64,000 nt of DNA from Selaginella moellendorffii (Eukaryota > Plantae > Lycopodiophyta): NCBI RefSeq assembly GCF_000143415.4, contig NW_003314275.1, positions 1,183,955 to 1,247,954 of the forward strand, given 5' to 3'. This document shows positions 34,899-47,834 of the stretch, piece after piece. Position numbers and translations under genes: made by a program. The notes below the pieces were generated by a model. That model was not told the DNA's origin. It made no database searches and saw nothing but the letters and a program-made list of their open reading frames with translations. Within the stretch, counting starts at the first letter, position 1. The number at the start of each line of letters is the position of its first letter.

Positions 34899-36111
34899 CG
34901 TTTGGAGATCAGCAAAAGCGGGAGCGATTCATCGAAGGAGTAAGTGACCGAAACGCTGCTCTTTCTCCTCTCTCTTGCACACTTTCTAAATACATTCTAT
35001 TTCACAGGGCAGGGGCAAACTTTGAATGCTTGAGCACGAATCGAGAAGGGAGGATTTACTTTACTTTCTACTACCGCCGCATGAATGAAGGAAGGAAGGA
35101 AAGGAAGAATAGGGGGGAACGGACAGACATGCATTCCGGGGAGTCAGAGCGCCATTGCTCCACCGTTCACCTAACTCAAAGAACACATTGATTTGGCAGA
35201 CGCACAATAGGAGGAGGAGCGGGTGGTAGCAGCTATTGCGAGAAGGAAAAATAAAGCAAAGGTGCGCACTCTTTCGACATTGAGATATGCTTCCTAATAC
35301 TTGGAGCCGGGGCGACGGAACAAAGAGATCATCAATTCTGTTAGGTGGAGGCGTCTTGAATGAGCGAGAGGAACATTCATGAGACAACTTTGGAGACCAA
35401 GCGATTACAGGTAAGAACTTTCTTTCCTTTGCTTGCTGTGTGATGGTTTGGTTTCTTCAATCTTCCGTGTTATGAGTGAGTCTTGTGTTTGATAGTTTCT
35501 GACCCCTTGGAGGTGTCTGCACCGCAGGGAAAGGAGGAAAAAAGAGGAGGAGGCGAGCGAGGAGGAGGTGAAAGGGAAATTATCACCAACTTTCCCTGGC
35601 GTTTGCAGATAAAGCATGTGAAAGCGTCGGTATTCAATCACAAGTACCGTGCTAGCTCCAGCTGCTGCTGCCGCCAGAGCTCGAAACACAACTTTAAGGT
35701 TTTTATTTTTCTCTTGTTTGTCCTGACCAGATTTTCATGTTCCAGCCGCGTGAGATTCTATCGGGTAAAGAAATCTAGATTTGTCAAACCTTTCCTCCTA
35801 AGTACAGCCTGGTCCTTTTTGTTGTCTGCACTGTGCAGATTCTGTGCGTTGAGGTTTGCGAGACGAAGTCTTTGAAAGAACAAAGAGAATCTGTGCGTGA
35901 CAACGGGACTACACTTCCTCGACTAGACTCGTGTTTGTTAAGCGCGGGGGGAAACGTCAGTGACAAACAGAGAGGAGTGAAAAGAATGGAGTCATTCACC
36001 ATTGATATCAATGAGGTATGCCCACCATGTCAACAACCACTGTCCCGAGATATTGAAGGTCATAAAACTTGTGCTGCCAGAGAAGATCCCCGCCACTTTT
36101 CAAGTTATGGT

Positions 36112-36133
36112 ACACACACACACACACACACAC
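36112..36133. repeat. (AC)n microsatellite
   Basis: acacacacacacacacacacac. Confidence 0.9.
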
Positions 36134-36286
36134 GGATGGATATCGATCCAGCGCGTCTCTTCTGTAAATATTGCTCTTCTTTCTCTCTTCCAGCTTGCTT
36201 GCTTGTTGACGTTTAACTTGAAAACAGGTTGTTCCTCCGTTGCGAAGAAAAGGAGCTATGGTACCACGTAGTTGTCTTCTACAAAG

Positions 36287-39200
36287 TTAATGTAGCTGGA
36301 GGGACTGCGAGCCGAGAAGCATCTCTTCCAACTCTTTAAAGCCTCTGGACACGGGCTCAACCGCGGCCGGAGAGAGCGGGAGCCTCTTGACTTCCGTCAT
36401 GTACCTGTGGAGCCAAGAAAGAAGTAAGTTCGCGAGATCCTATCTAAAGCTTGATGAACGCAGCACCTGTTCACTGTGCTACACAGGCGGTCCCGGACGC
36501 CAGATGAATCGTCAGAGCCGGAGAAGCTGCCGCCAATGGATCCAATGCGCTGGGCCAGTACCACGATTGTCCACTCGCGCATCACGGCGAGCGCCGAGCG
36601 GAGGAGCCGCAGCCGCAGCGCTGTGCTTGGCAGCACCGAAGTACTAGTGAGAAGCTGGTCATAAGTTCGTTGTACTGGCTCTGGGGAGTCGTGACAGGCG
36701 GCCAGTAATGCTCGTGGGACGTCCTCGTCTCCAACGATTTCCAAGCTGGATGATACTCTCTCCTGGGAGGAAAGACCGTGACGCAAAACGATGAAGAAAG
36801 AGAGGAAGGAGGGATCTACCTCGGCTGCTCGCTCTAAATGGAGGCAGATAGAATCCAGTGGCATGCTACCGCCGTCGCCGGGATAGAGCTGGGGGCCAAC
36901 TCTCTTCACCACCGTGCAGGCCTCGGCTATGCCTTTAATCGTGATGGCTTGGTCTATCAACCTCGCCCACGTCTCGCGCATGACATTGTTCTCAGCGTCG
37001 CTCGTGTAGTGTGAGAAGTGGAGGATTTCCAAGCACACCTGCGAGAAGAAAGCGAAAGGTTTTTTTTTTTGCTCGTCAGAAAGGAGTAAAAGAAGATGTG
37101 AGAGTTGGAAGAAAAAAGAAATGGAAAGAAAGAAAGAACTCGCCTCCCAAAGCTTGAAAGGAACCGCGTAATTGTTGTAGAGCTGTGTGATGCTCTTAAG
37201 TTCGGCACCCAGCTCCAGCGCTTTCTCCCTGGCGGCACGGAGGAAGGCCTCGTCGTCCGCAAAGCCCTCCGGCGGGAACGCGTCTATCGCCATCTGAGAA
37301 GAAATGGCCTCGAGCTCGGCCTGTATCTTAAGCTGGAACCGCAACACCGCGAGCTTGCCTTCCAGGAGCTCCAGCAGGCCGCTCTCTCCGACCTCCGCGT
37401 TGGATCCCAGAGCTCCGTGGCGGATGCTTCTGGCTTGTACCACGGCATGGCTGAGGTACTCGTGCCTGGAGAAACAAAAAAACTCTCAGATAGTAAACAA
37501 CGAGCCTCGAAAGAAAATATTGCACGGTACCTGGCTTCCAGCGTGAGCTGCTCACCGCCTTCGCCACCCTTTCGCTCGCCGAGGCGCAAGAGAACGTAAG
37601 CCGCGAGCGCATGCTGTCTCTTGTGCACGTAATATCTCGAGAGGAGCTCCAGGTACTTGGCTTGGTGTGTAGTGATGGGCTTCATCAGATGGATCACGGA
37701 AGGTGGCGACGTTATTCCTCGGGGGCTCTTCGCAGGCTGGTAAAAGAGAAAACAAAACGTTGTTAGCATCAGAGGAAGAAAAGCTGCAAGCACAACTTAC
37801 CTTTGCAGTTTGGAAATCAACAGCGGCTTGTAGAAATGGAACCAGATCCGGTCCGGCTAGCTCGAGGAGCTCCTTCTCCAGCCCCAGCTCTATCATCGAC
37901 TCGTACAAGTACTTGTGAAAAGCCCGATCTGGTGAGCGTACGCCCAGCTGAACGATCTGTCTAACGTAGCGCATCCTTGCATTTGCATCCAGCGGGCCCA
38001 TCTTTGATGCGTTCCCGTTGAGTGCGGTTTGCGGCACCAGTGAACGAAGCGCATTTGTTATCACTTCGTAGCATTGCTGTCTGGATGCGAGCGCCATCTT
38101 TCGCCGGTTCTCGTCGATATGCGCATTAAAAGCATCCTCGTTAGGATCTAAAGCTTTAGCCTTCCGGAGGGGAAGCTCGACAACTGCCTCGTAAAATCTG
38201 CAACAAACTTCCAGCTTGTGAATCGACCAGCCTGACTGGAGACTGTTTGTTACCTTATCTCTTCAAAACGCGGGCATACGCTCAGCAAGTTTGCGGTTTC
38301 AGGAACCCTGGCCAGCAAGTCAAGTGCCTCTCTGGCCAAATGCTCACGGACTTCCACATCTCTAGCGTTTGCTGCCTTCTCCAAACACTGGACGGCTTGA
38401 TAGAACTTATCATCGGCCTCGTTGTAGTAGCTCGGGCATCCGTCGCGTAGCTTCGTACTTATGTCGTCAACCGTCCCTTTTCCCTCGGGAGATACATAGT
38501 ACTATACATTCAAAAAGAAAAACTGATGAAGGAACAACACTTAGAAACATAACGATCAAACGTACCTCCATAAGAGCACCAATAAGTCGCGTAGCTACGT
38601 ATTCCCCTTCCTGAGAACAGACAAGCTGATGAAATGAAAGCTGCGCGAGCTGACGGCGGACTTCGGATTCCAGACTTTGCACTAATCTCGTCAAGTGATG
38701 CTGAGATAAAAGCTGCAGTAGAAACAGCGCTTCCGCAGACCTCCGGAGCAACCTTCTGACGCATTCCATCCCTCGCACCTACAGAGATTGTACATATCAG
38801 CCGACGTTCAAACACTGCAAAATCGTGTCCAACCTCCATGGCAGTAAGCTCAGCAGGACTATAAGCAACGCGTTGTCTCTTGGCACCAGCTTGAAGTCCA
38901 CCTCCGGACCTCGCATAAGGCGTGTCGTATTGAAGCTTGTGTCCAGCTTCACTTCTGCTTATACCATTTCGATCTCCGTAGCCTGACAAATCGCCAATTC
39001 CCATGATCCGACCATAGTGACCGCGACGTTGGTTCCTTCGAGCTCTGAGAAACATTTCCAGGGATCTGATCTTGTCCTCCAACGTATTCATTGCGTCCGG
39101 AGATATCCGACAAGAGATTATTCCACCTGTGTCCGTCACCATGTCGTTTCCAGAGTCACCTTTGGCTATAAATACTGGTAGCTCCCACACGGACCAGAGA

Positions 39201-41506
39201 AGCCTCGAAGCACACAAACAGAGGCCTTCGTGTGCACCTGAGAAAACAGGCTCGGCTTCTTGCACCACCTGTCCCATATTAAATCCACCACCTGTATTAA
39301 CTGGTGTCGTCGTTGCAGCCCCTCCTTGCATTTGCGGTACTCCCACCAGCCTTGGATCTTCAAACGCCTCGGCAGCCTTCTCAACCACCGCTGTTGATAT
39401 CATCTTCTCATCATACGAAACAATGCGAGCCGCCAGCAGTAGACACATTGCCGCAGCTTCGCCAGCCCCAAAGCGCTGAAAGAACTCTTCCAGAATCGCT
39501 CTCGTGGTGTTCGATTCGAATAACCGCTGCAGCAAGTCCACTGGCCGGTTCATGACAATCTCCGTCAAGCCCCGCGTACTGGCGATCACTGCTCTCCGTC
39601 TAGGAAGAATATGTTGCGTCGCAAGATCTCCTAAAGCCCACAGCGCTCTTGCTCTACTTACTTCTCCCACAGCACCAGAGCCAAGGGCGCTGGAGTCCCA
39701 TACCAATGCTTCAGCAATCGCCGCCTGCTCCGGAGGTGGCAACATATCGACGATCGCATAAGTATGCTCGTCTGCTCCAAAAGTTGTCACAACTTCTCTC
39801 AAAGCACGCATGTTTCTTCCACTCGCACCCATCCCTCCATATGGCGAACTCGCACCAGGAATCAACGGAGAAGTGTAGTCTTTGCGCGCCACAAGCAACC
39901 GTGGAGAGGGTGACGAATCGGCCAGCAAGAAGTTTCCGCTTGAGTATTGAGCTTCTTGAACTTTCAGTCCGTCACCCTGTGGCCTGGTACCGATAAGAAC
40001 GTTGCCTAATGAAATTCCTCCACCAACACCAACCGAAGGACCTGGCCTTGCGGACACTATTCTGAGTAGCGAAGGACGATCCATCCCAATCGTTCCACCA
40101 GCAGCCTGGCTTCCGCCCATGGTCGGAGTTGTCGACAGGTATACTCTGCGTCCATCTGAAACTATAGCCACCAGATGCAGCCACTTGGATTCCATACTCG
40201 AGAGAGGAGCCAGAGAAACCACCGTTGCCTTTGGAGCCCGACTGGTGCCACGCGAACCTGTGCTACGTATGCTACCGTGACGACCGTCTCGCTGATCCCC
40301 AAAGTTTTTTTCTTCGCCTACTTTCTTCGGGGCAGCATCTCCGTTTCTGCCGAGATCAAAAGCTTGGACCTTGGACTCCTGTGTGCGTGCGTACATGATG
40401 TTTCTTTCATCGTCAACGGCAATTTCCAAAATCGAATCTGCCGCTCCAAACTTGAGGCCGTTCGGTATAATCCACCTGAAATAAATTACATGTAAGAAAA
40501 ACTTCAAAGAAAGTGATGAACATGTGTACCTTGAAAGCATACTGCCAAAGCCACCTGTATGGCAAATCTTACGGCAGCGACTCTGCCATCCTAGCCCTGT
40601 CGTGTAGAGCAGCTCGTAGATATGCCCATCACGGCCACCGAGAAAAATACGTCCCTTCTCCGTGGAACTTACACACGTCATGGTGACACCATCCGTCGGT
40701 ACCGTGTACTCTGGTAATGGTTGTAAGGAAAGCTCGGAAAAAGCATCACTGCCGTCGCTGCTAGCACCGCAGCAGACGCCTAGAAGCACAAGCTTGTATA
40801 GCGTCAAAAGCGGGAATTCAAAGAATCAGTCCAGGAAGAATAGTTGGAGTGACAAAATACCTCGACAGGAGTTGCAAGCACTAGAAGGTGCTGAATCGCT
40901 TCTACGAAAACTCCAGCCTTCGCTTTCGCTAAGCCAACAGCACAAATGGCCTGCTCTTCACCGCTATATTCGACACAAGTTCCATCCCTGCAAGAGAAAA
41001 AACTTTACCAGGAGTGCCAACGAACTAAGCGAGGATCTTACCATTTATCAAAGCGCCATATAAAGAGAGTCTCGTCGACAGTAGCCCAAGCTCGTCTTAT
41101 GGTGGGAAAAATCCCACAAAACGCCATCCCTTGGCCAACTCCAGCATTGTAGCACTCCATGACTTGAGGCGGCAGCTCCCTCTTCTTCGAGACATCGATA
41201 TATGGAGGCCACTACAAAATTCACAAAGACCCAACACCCTTTTAGCCTCCATCCGAGACGAAACAAGATCCAAAATCCCCCCCTAGCTACAAAATCGCTA
41301 CGCTAGAGCGAGCATTCTACCACTAGAGCTATAACACATACCTCCTTCTGTGGACTAGCATAGGGATGGCTCGAATAGCGCCCGGCATCAAGAGCGTCTA
41401 GAAGATCTCCCGACGCGTAGCATCGCAAATCGCGATTGATAGTGTCGCTGAGAAGCCTACCAGCCGCCGCAATGTCCTCCACGACCGCCTCGTCTTCCCA
41501 GCTCAT
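36287..41506 (-). CDS. NUP155: Nuclear pore complex protein Nup155, multi-exon
   Basis: MSWEDE..RYSSHPY, GRIFLGGRDGHIYEL, LATQHILPRRR, EAEPVFSGAHEGLCLC, SITQLYNNYAVPFKLWE, YMTEVKRL. Confidence 0.93.
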
Positions 41507-41529
41507 TGGAGCTCTCCCGGCGAGGCGAC

Positions 41530-41641
41530 CCAAACCCTAAACCCTAGGATCTCACCCTAAATTTCACTACCCGTTATACCGTCATCGTCATCATCCTAGT
41601 CATCCGCCACGTCCGTATTAAGAAATTTTAGGGTTTAGGTT
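41530..41641. promoter_or_regulatory. Bidirectional promoter between NUP155 and NOT3 with oppositely oriented telo-boxes
   Basis: Only 152 bp between the ATGs. aaaccctaaaccctagg at about 41532 and ttagggtttagg at about 41628. Confidence 0.75.
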
Positions 41642-41658
41642 TTCTCTCCTCGAGCACC

Positions 41659-44600
41659 ATGGGCGCGACGCGGAAGCTCCAGGGCGAGATCGATAGAGTT
41701 CTCAAGAAGGTCCAGGAGGGCGTGGATGTCTTCGACAGCATCTGGAATAAGGTATGGAAATCTATGGCGTCGCCTCGCCATTGATCGATCGAGAAATTTT
41801 TTTTTCTTCTCGCAGGTGTATGATACCGAGAATGCAAATCAAAAGGAGAAGTTTGAGGCCGATCTCAAGAAGGAAATCAAGAAGCTACAGCGATACAGGG
41901 ACCAGATTAAGACGTGGATTCAGTCCAGTGAAATCAAGGACAAGAAGGTGATTAGGCAGTTTCTTCTAGCGATTTTTTTTTCTTCATTCGTTTTGATAGG
42001 TAGCAGCGTCTTACGAGCAGGCGCTGGTGGATGCCCGGAAGCTCATTGAGAGGGAGATGGAACGATTCAAAGTTTGCGAGAAAGAAACGAAAACGAAGGC
42101 GTTTTCGAAAGAAGGTCTAGGCCAGCTTCCGAAAACTGTAAGTGCTGCCATTTTAGATTTCTTTGGTCTGACACGCAACGATTGTCTAGGATCCAAAAGA
42201 GAAAGCAAAAGCCGAAACACGAGAATGGTTAAACAATATGGTTCGTTTTGTTGTGGCATTAAGACATAACACGCTAACTATATGCTAGGTGGATGAGTTG
42301 AATTCGGGTATTGATGCGTTTGAGACAGAGATGGAAGGACTGGCAGTGAAGAAGGGGAAAACTCGCCCCCCCCGCTTGGTAAGAACGTTTTTCTCTCTTT
42401 TTTCCTTTTTACCTTCTCTCAAACTTCTTGCTTCCTCAGATTCACTTAGAAGAGTCTACTGCCCGTCACAAAAGTCATGTCATGAAACTAGAACTCATTT
42501 TGCGACTTTTGGACAATGACGAGCTAAGCCCAGAGCAAGTAAATGACGTCAAAGAGCTTGTGGAAGATTACCTCGAAAGGAATCAGGTGACTTTGCTTTC
42601 TCGTTGTTGCCTTGAAACCTGAATGGTGGCCGCGACAGGAGGATTTTGATGAATTCGCAGATGTGGATGAACTTTATAGTCAGCTTCCTCTTGATAAAAT
42701 GGAGGCCATGGAGGCTCTGGACCTTGCTCCGAATGTGGCTTCAGCACTTGTGGTAAAGGAGAAGGTACTTAGTTATCTACACTGTGTTTCAAACTGTTGT
42801 TGTCTGCTCTGTAGGCTGCGGTTGCTGCCGCCTCCGGAGCTAGCGTGACAAATGGTGCAAGCGTTAAACCATCACTTCCGGTAAAACTAACTTCCACGTA
42901 AACCTTTGGAAACTGTTATTTCCATTTCGTGTTTCAGGTTGCTGCTGCTGCGGCAGCTGCAGCAGCTGCTGCCGTTGCTGCTCAAGTTCCTCCACCTTTA
43001 CAGCCCGTGGATGATATTACATTGGAAGACACATCCGCACGAACATCTCCCGTTCCAATCACCGCAAGCTCGCTGTCACCCACAGGATCGGCCTTACTGC
43101 AGACTACTGGAAGCGATGTAACTTCATCTCCAAGCGCTTCTGGTATCACGCAACGGACTGTGGCAACACCTCCTGGTCTGATTCCACGGCCAACAGCCAA
43201 AGGTGCGGTCTTGCAATCATCACCTGCAAAAGTCAAGGAGGACGAGGTGACGAGCCTTGCCGGGCGACGAGTAGGACCAGGTATTGGAGATGGAGGTCTT
43301 TCTCGAAGCTTTGGCAGGCAAACAGCTGTTCCAGCTTCTCCTGTCGCTCAACCTTCCCCAACCGTCTCGAGCAGTCCAACAGTGCCGGAAGCTGCAAAAC
43401 GGAATATAGCTGACGACAGAGCCACTTCTGGAGTCGCACCGCAGCTCAGTCCTTTGAGCACGCCGAATAAAGCTCCTTTTGGAGGAAAGGTTGGAGATTC
43501 CAGTCCGACAAGTGAGGCTCCGGGAACCCCAGAAACGGCCATTGGGAATAGACTGGGCCAGTGGAGAGAATCGGTATGTCGTTTACAAGAAAATATATCG
43601 ACCACCGGACTCTGTATCTTTTGTTTTTCCAGAGCCAGTTCCATGGAAGACCAGAGATTGTTCCAGATCAAAAACAAAAGTTCTTACAGAAGTTGCAGCA
43701 GGCCAATCAACAGACACAACATCTCCCTCCACATCTTACAAGTCCAGTTCAAAAGCAAACGCCACAACCATCCTCTTTGCTTCATCAGGTAACCAGATAC
43801 TGGTTTTGGAAAAACTTGCTCAAGGTATTACTCGCATCAGGCTCTTTTGCAGCAGCAGCAACAACAGCAGCTTTCTCCTCTAAGTACGCAATCTCCTACA
43901 ACGCCGGTACCTGGACTATCAGCACCTGTCTCACAAGCACAGTCTCCCGCCCAGCCTCTGCAGCAGCAGCCGCAAGTAACAGCAGCTTCCAAAGACGCTG
44001 GTTTGTTTTTCCTCTCGTCATGTTTGTTTTCGAAATTAATTGTGTTTTGCAGTGCCCCAACCTGATGCGATTCAAACAAGGACTGTGGAGCAGCAGAGTC
44101 CACTTGCAGCTAAACTTGCAGACGATAACACGACTGAAGCCAATGTACCATTCCCCAGAAATTTATCTCTGAGCGAAGATGACTTGAAGAATGCAGACAC
44201 CTTCGACGTTCCAGTAAACTTTCTGTTCATAGGCTGTTTGGATTGACTATTGTACACTTTGATCGCAGGTTGGTGGCCCAGGAACGCTAGCGGAACTTAG
44301 CCAGTTGTCGAGGGATGCAGATTTCACGCCAGGGCAACAAGTCCCGTCAACACCAACATCATCAGTACCTGGTGTGATCGGTCGGAAGAGCAACACGGAA
44401 CTTGGAGCCATAGGAGACAACCTCTCAGCTGCAAGTAGCAGTATGGCTCACGATAGTGTGTACAATTTGCAGATGCTAGAAGCTGCTTATCGCCACCTTC
44501 CGCTTCCAAAAGACTCAGAACGGCCACGCAACTACACCCCGGTAATATTTGCAGCAATCCCGCATCAGTTCACTTTCATTTTTGTGCAGAGGAACCCAGC

Positions 44601-45063
44601 TATCACTCCGCCTAGCTATCCTCAAGCACCAGCCCAATCCATCATCGACAACCCTGCGCTTTGGGAGAAGTTTGAGGTGGACGTCCTGTTCTATGCATTC
44701 TACTATCATCAGGTGTGCTCTCTTTTACATTCTGTTCTGTACAAATTACCACGGGTTTTGTTCAGGGAACGTACCAGCAGTATCTAGCCGCAAGGGAGCT
44801 AAAGAAACATTCGTGGAGATATCACAAGAAGTACAACACATGGTTCCAGCGCCACGAGGAGCCGAAAGTCACAACAGACGAATTCGAGCAAGGCACATAC
44901 GTTTACTTCGACTTCCACATCGTGGATGATATTCAGCAAGGCTGGTAAGTTCGTGCTTGTAAAAATACGTTTTTTCTTGACATTCTTGGTGGCTCGCAGG
45001 GTCCAGAGAATCAAGACCGAGTTTACATTCGAATACAGCTTCCTCGAAGACGAGCTGGTGTAA
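41659..45063 (+). CDS. NOT3: CCR4-NOT transcription complex subunit 3, multi-exon
   Basis: [61 protein letters not shown] box [33 protein letters not shown]. Confidence 0.96.
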
Positions 45064-45218
45064 AGTTTTATGTTTAATTTCACGCTAACTCCATGGCGCT
45101 CTAGGGTTCTTACGTTTACACAGGAATGCTTCGCACAGGCTCTGGCTGCACAGACTAAAGGTAAGTGCTTTCTCAAAATTCGTTTTTGGTTATCTCTCAT
45201 GGTGGTTTTCAGGGACTC

Positions 45219-46649
45219 ATGGATTCCGACCAAGAAAACAGCTCTAGTGGCCCCTCGGGGAGCCTGTTGGAGAGCCTTGGAGCGGAGCTGGTGTCCATCC
45301 TTGCTCCAGTCTCGGCGTGCATGCTCTTTGTCGTCCTTCTGGTAAGAGCCCTCGTCGTTAACAGCAGCCAGCTCCAAGCTCCCGCCATAGCCCTCGTTAT
45401 CTATGCCGAGGACCCCTCCGACTCCACCTCCGAGAAGCTCGGAGGTGCTCTCCTCAACGCCCTCGTCTTTGTAGCATTCGTCACAGCCGCTACGTTTTTG
45501 CTTGTGGGTCTCTTCTATCTTCGCTGCACCAAGTGTCTCAGGCTCTATGTTTCCTTTTCGATCTTCAATGTCCTCGTCTACCTTGGTGCTGCTCTCGGTG
45601 TGCTCTTTGTCCAGACTTACTCCCTCCCGGTTGACGTGATCACCTTCTCGGTAGTGATCTTTAACTTTGGAGTGGTCGGGGTGCTTGTGGCGTTTCCTGT
45701 GATGCCTGTCCCGATCATCTTCACTCAGGGGTACTTGGTCCTCATTGGTATGCTCACCGCTTTCTGGTTTACCTTCCTTCCCGAGTGGACTACCTGGTTC
45801 CTTTTGGTGGCTATGGCGTTGTATGACATTGCTGCGGTCTTGCTGCCTGGTGGTCCTCTCAACATGCTTCTAGAGCTGGCCAGCAAGAGAGAAGAGGAGC
45901 TACCAGCGCTGGTATACGAGTCCCGCCCCGTGGTGCGTCCCGGCCAGCAAGGCTCCCAGTCAAGACGGTGGAGGAGACGAGTTGTGGTAGCAGCGTCTCC
46001 AAGTACCTCAGCCGAGACAGCTCCGTCGAGAACATCGCTCTTTGCAAGGATCTTCGGCTACAGGGTGGTCAGCCCGTATCAGACTGTTAGCATGGAAGCA
46101 CCTCAGCAAGCAGAGATTTTGCAAGCTCCAGAAGAAGAGGCAGTCGAAACAAGTCCTGGAGAGGCTGGGGATGGAGCTGGAGCTCCAGGGAACAGGGACA
46201 GGGATCCAGCGGAAGAAGCCATTCCTCTGATGAGCAGGCACGTAGATCACAGGATGGAAACACTCAGTGCTTTCATGGCAAACGAGGAGAGAGCCGCGGG
46301 GGCTATACACGACGAACTTCGCGAGCTTAACAACGATGGCAGTGAGGGTGGCGAGCTCGGAAGGATCGAGTCCGTGACAGAGGGTGGGATCAAGCTGGGA
46401 CTCGGCGACTTTATATTCTATAGCGTGCTGGTTGGACGAGCAGCGATGTTTGATCTCATGACCGTGTGGGCCTGCTACTTGGCCATCGTTGCAGGGCTTG
46501 GTGCCACTTTGGCGCTCCTCGCAGTGTGGAGGCGCGCTCTTCCGGCACTGCCTATATCCATCTCGCTGGGCGTCGTTTTTTATTTCCTCACGAGGCTTGT
46601 ATTGGAGCCATATGTTTTGCAGCTAGACACTCGCCTTGTGTTTTTTTAA
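45219..46649 (+). CDS. PSEN: Presenilin (gamma-secretase catalytic subunit), intronless CDS
   Basis: LPEWTTW, ALYD (Asp1), KLGLGDFIFY (Asp2), ALPALPIS. 5' UTR intron 45161-45212. Confidence 0.96.
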   Translation: MDSDQENSSSGPSGSLLESLGAELVSILAPVSACMLFVVLLVRALVVNSSQLQAPAIALVIYAEDPSDSTSEKLGGALLNALVFVAFVTAATFLLVGLFYLRCTKCLRLYVSFSIFNVLVYLGAALGVLFVQTYSLPVDVITFSVVIFNFGVVGVLVAFPVMPVPIIFTQGYLVLIGMLTAFWFTFLPEWTTWFLLVAMALYDIAAVLLPGGPLNMLLELASKREEELPALVYESRPVVRPGQQGSQSRRWRRRVVVAASPSTSAETAPSRTSLFARIFGYRVVSPYQTVSMEAPQQAEILQAPEEEAVETSPGEAGDGAGAPGNRDRDPAEEAIPLMSRHVDHRMETLSAFMANEERAAGAIHDELRELNNDGSEGGELGRIESVTEGGIKLGLGDFIFYSVLVGRAAMFDLMTVWACYLAIVAGLGATLALLAVWRRALPALPISISLGVVFYFLTRLVLEPYVLQLDTRLVFF

Positions 46650-46698
46650 CTTATTATTAATCCTATAAACTCACTGAAATAAAAAAAGGAATGTGAAA

Positions 46699-47739
46699 AT
46701 GTTTCCCCAAAATAACAGAAATCTAACTACTATAGTAATTAATTTATTGTTAACGTTTGCATTACTAATGGTTAAAGAGGCATTTAGTTTATCTCCTGCA
46801 GATTTATTTGTATACAAAACTTATGGGGACTTACACATGGCTAGAGAAACCTCCATGGCTGAGTTGTTAGTTTCCTTACGAAGAAATTTGTGGAATAGAT
46901 TTCCATATTCAATTGATGGAGCTTTTGGAACCACTCCAGTTGGTTCATCTCATGCATACCAAGTTTGGGTTAAAGATAGTGGTCCTTTCATAATAAAGTT
47001 TTGGGTTTTTGGCCCCATGAGTGACATGGGTTATGAATGTGGATATGATCCTAATAATCTACCTCTTATTTATAATTATATTATTTCAAGTACCATAGAA
47101 GGGTTCATATATATGACTTGGAAAGAAATAGTGACAAATGGTGCTTCTTATTTTTCTGGTGTGATTGATAATTTGGGAGTTCAGTTTTCACTACGGGATT
47201 ATGATGGCTATCATCACAGACCATATGGATTAACCCATCAGAATAAATCATCTAATACATTTGGCATAATTACTTTAGAAAATATACATGAGTATTTAAA
47301 AAATCAGACAGAGCTACAAGAGAAAACTTGTAATCCTTTCACAAGTATTCTCTCAAGTTCATACTATAGAGCACCAAATGAATACCTGGCTGAAGGAAAA
47401 CTTTTGCAGGCTCAAGATAAGCAAATTTTCTTTATTGTTTTGACAGATTGCAAACTTGTATTGGTTATGAATGGACATGTATACATTATTTATGATCCTA
47501 AATTAGGAGTTCATTATACCTTTTGTGAGCTTCATATGCAACAAGATGGAAATTTAGTTTTATATAGTTCTACAATGTACCCTTATTGGAGCACTGCTAC
47601 AAATTGTGAGCCAAGTAAAAGTTGTCAAGCTCCATCTTATTTAATTCTTCAAAATGATTGTAACTTAGTTTTATATAGACATGGTGATCCACCATTATCA
47701 ATATGGGATTCTAAGACAAATTGTAAATATTTCCAATAA
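46699..47739 (+). CDS. Secreted chimeric bulb-type lectin, AT-rich (copy B1)
   Basis: Hydrophobic leader, ~180-aa unknown domain, MQQDGNLVLY and LQNDCNLVLY motifs. Intronless. Confidence 0.85.
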   Translation: MFPQNNRNLTTIVINLLLTFALLMVKEAFSLSPADLFVYKTYGDLHMARETSMAELLVSLRRNLWNRFPYSIDGAFGTTPVGSSHAYQVWVKDSGPFIIKFWVFGPMSDMGYECGYDPNNLPLIYNYIISSTIEGFIYMTWKEIVTNGASYFSGVIDNLGVQFSLRDYDGYHHRPYGLTHQNKSSNTFGIITLENIHEYLKNQTELQEKTCNPFTSILSSSYYRAPNEYLAEGKLLQAQDKQIFFIVLTDCKLVLVMNGHVYIIYDPKLGVHYTFCELHMQQDGNLVLYSSTMYPYWSTATNCEPSKSCQAPSYLILQNDCNLVLYRHGDPPLSIWDSKTNCKYFQ

Positions 47740-47834
47740 GAAATTTTTATATTCATTAATTATTATTATTTATTTTATTAAATGGTTGATATATTAAACA
47801 AGTAATATGTATTAAATGGTAAAATAAATTCTGG

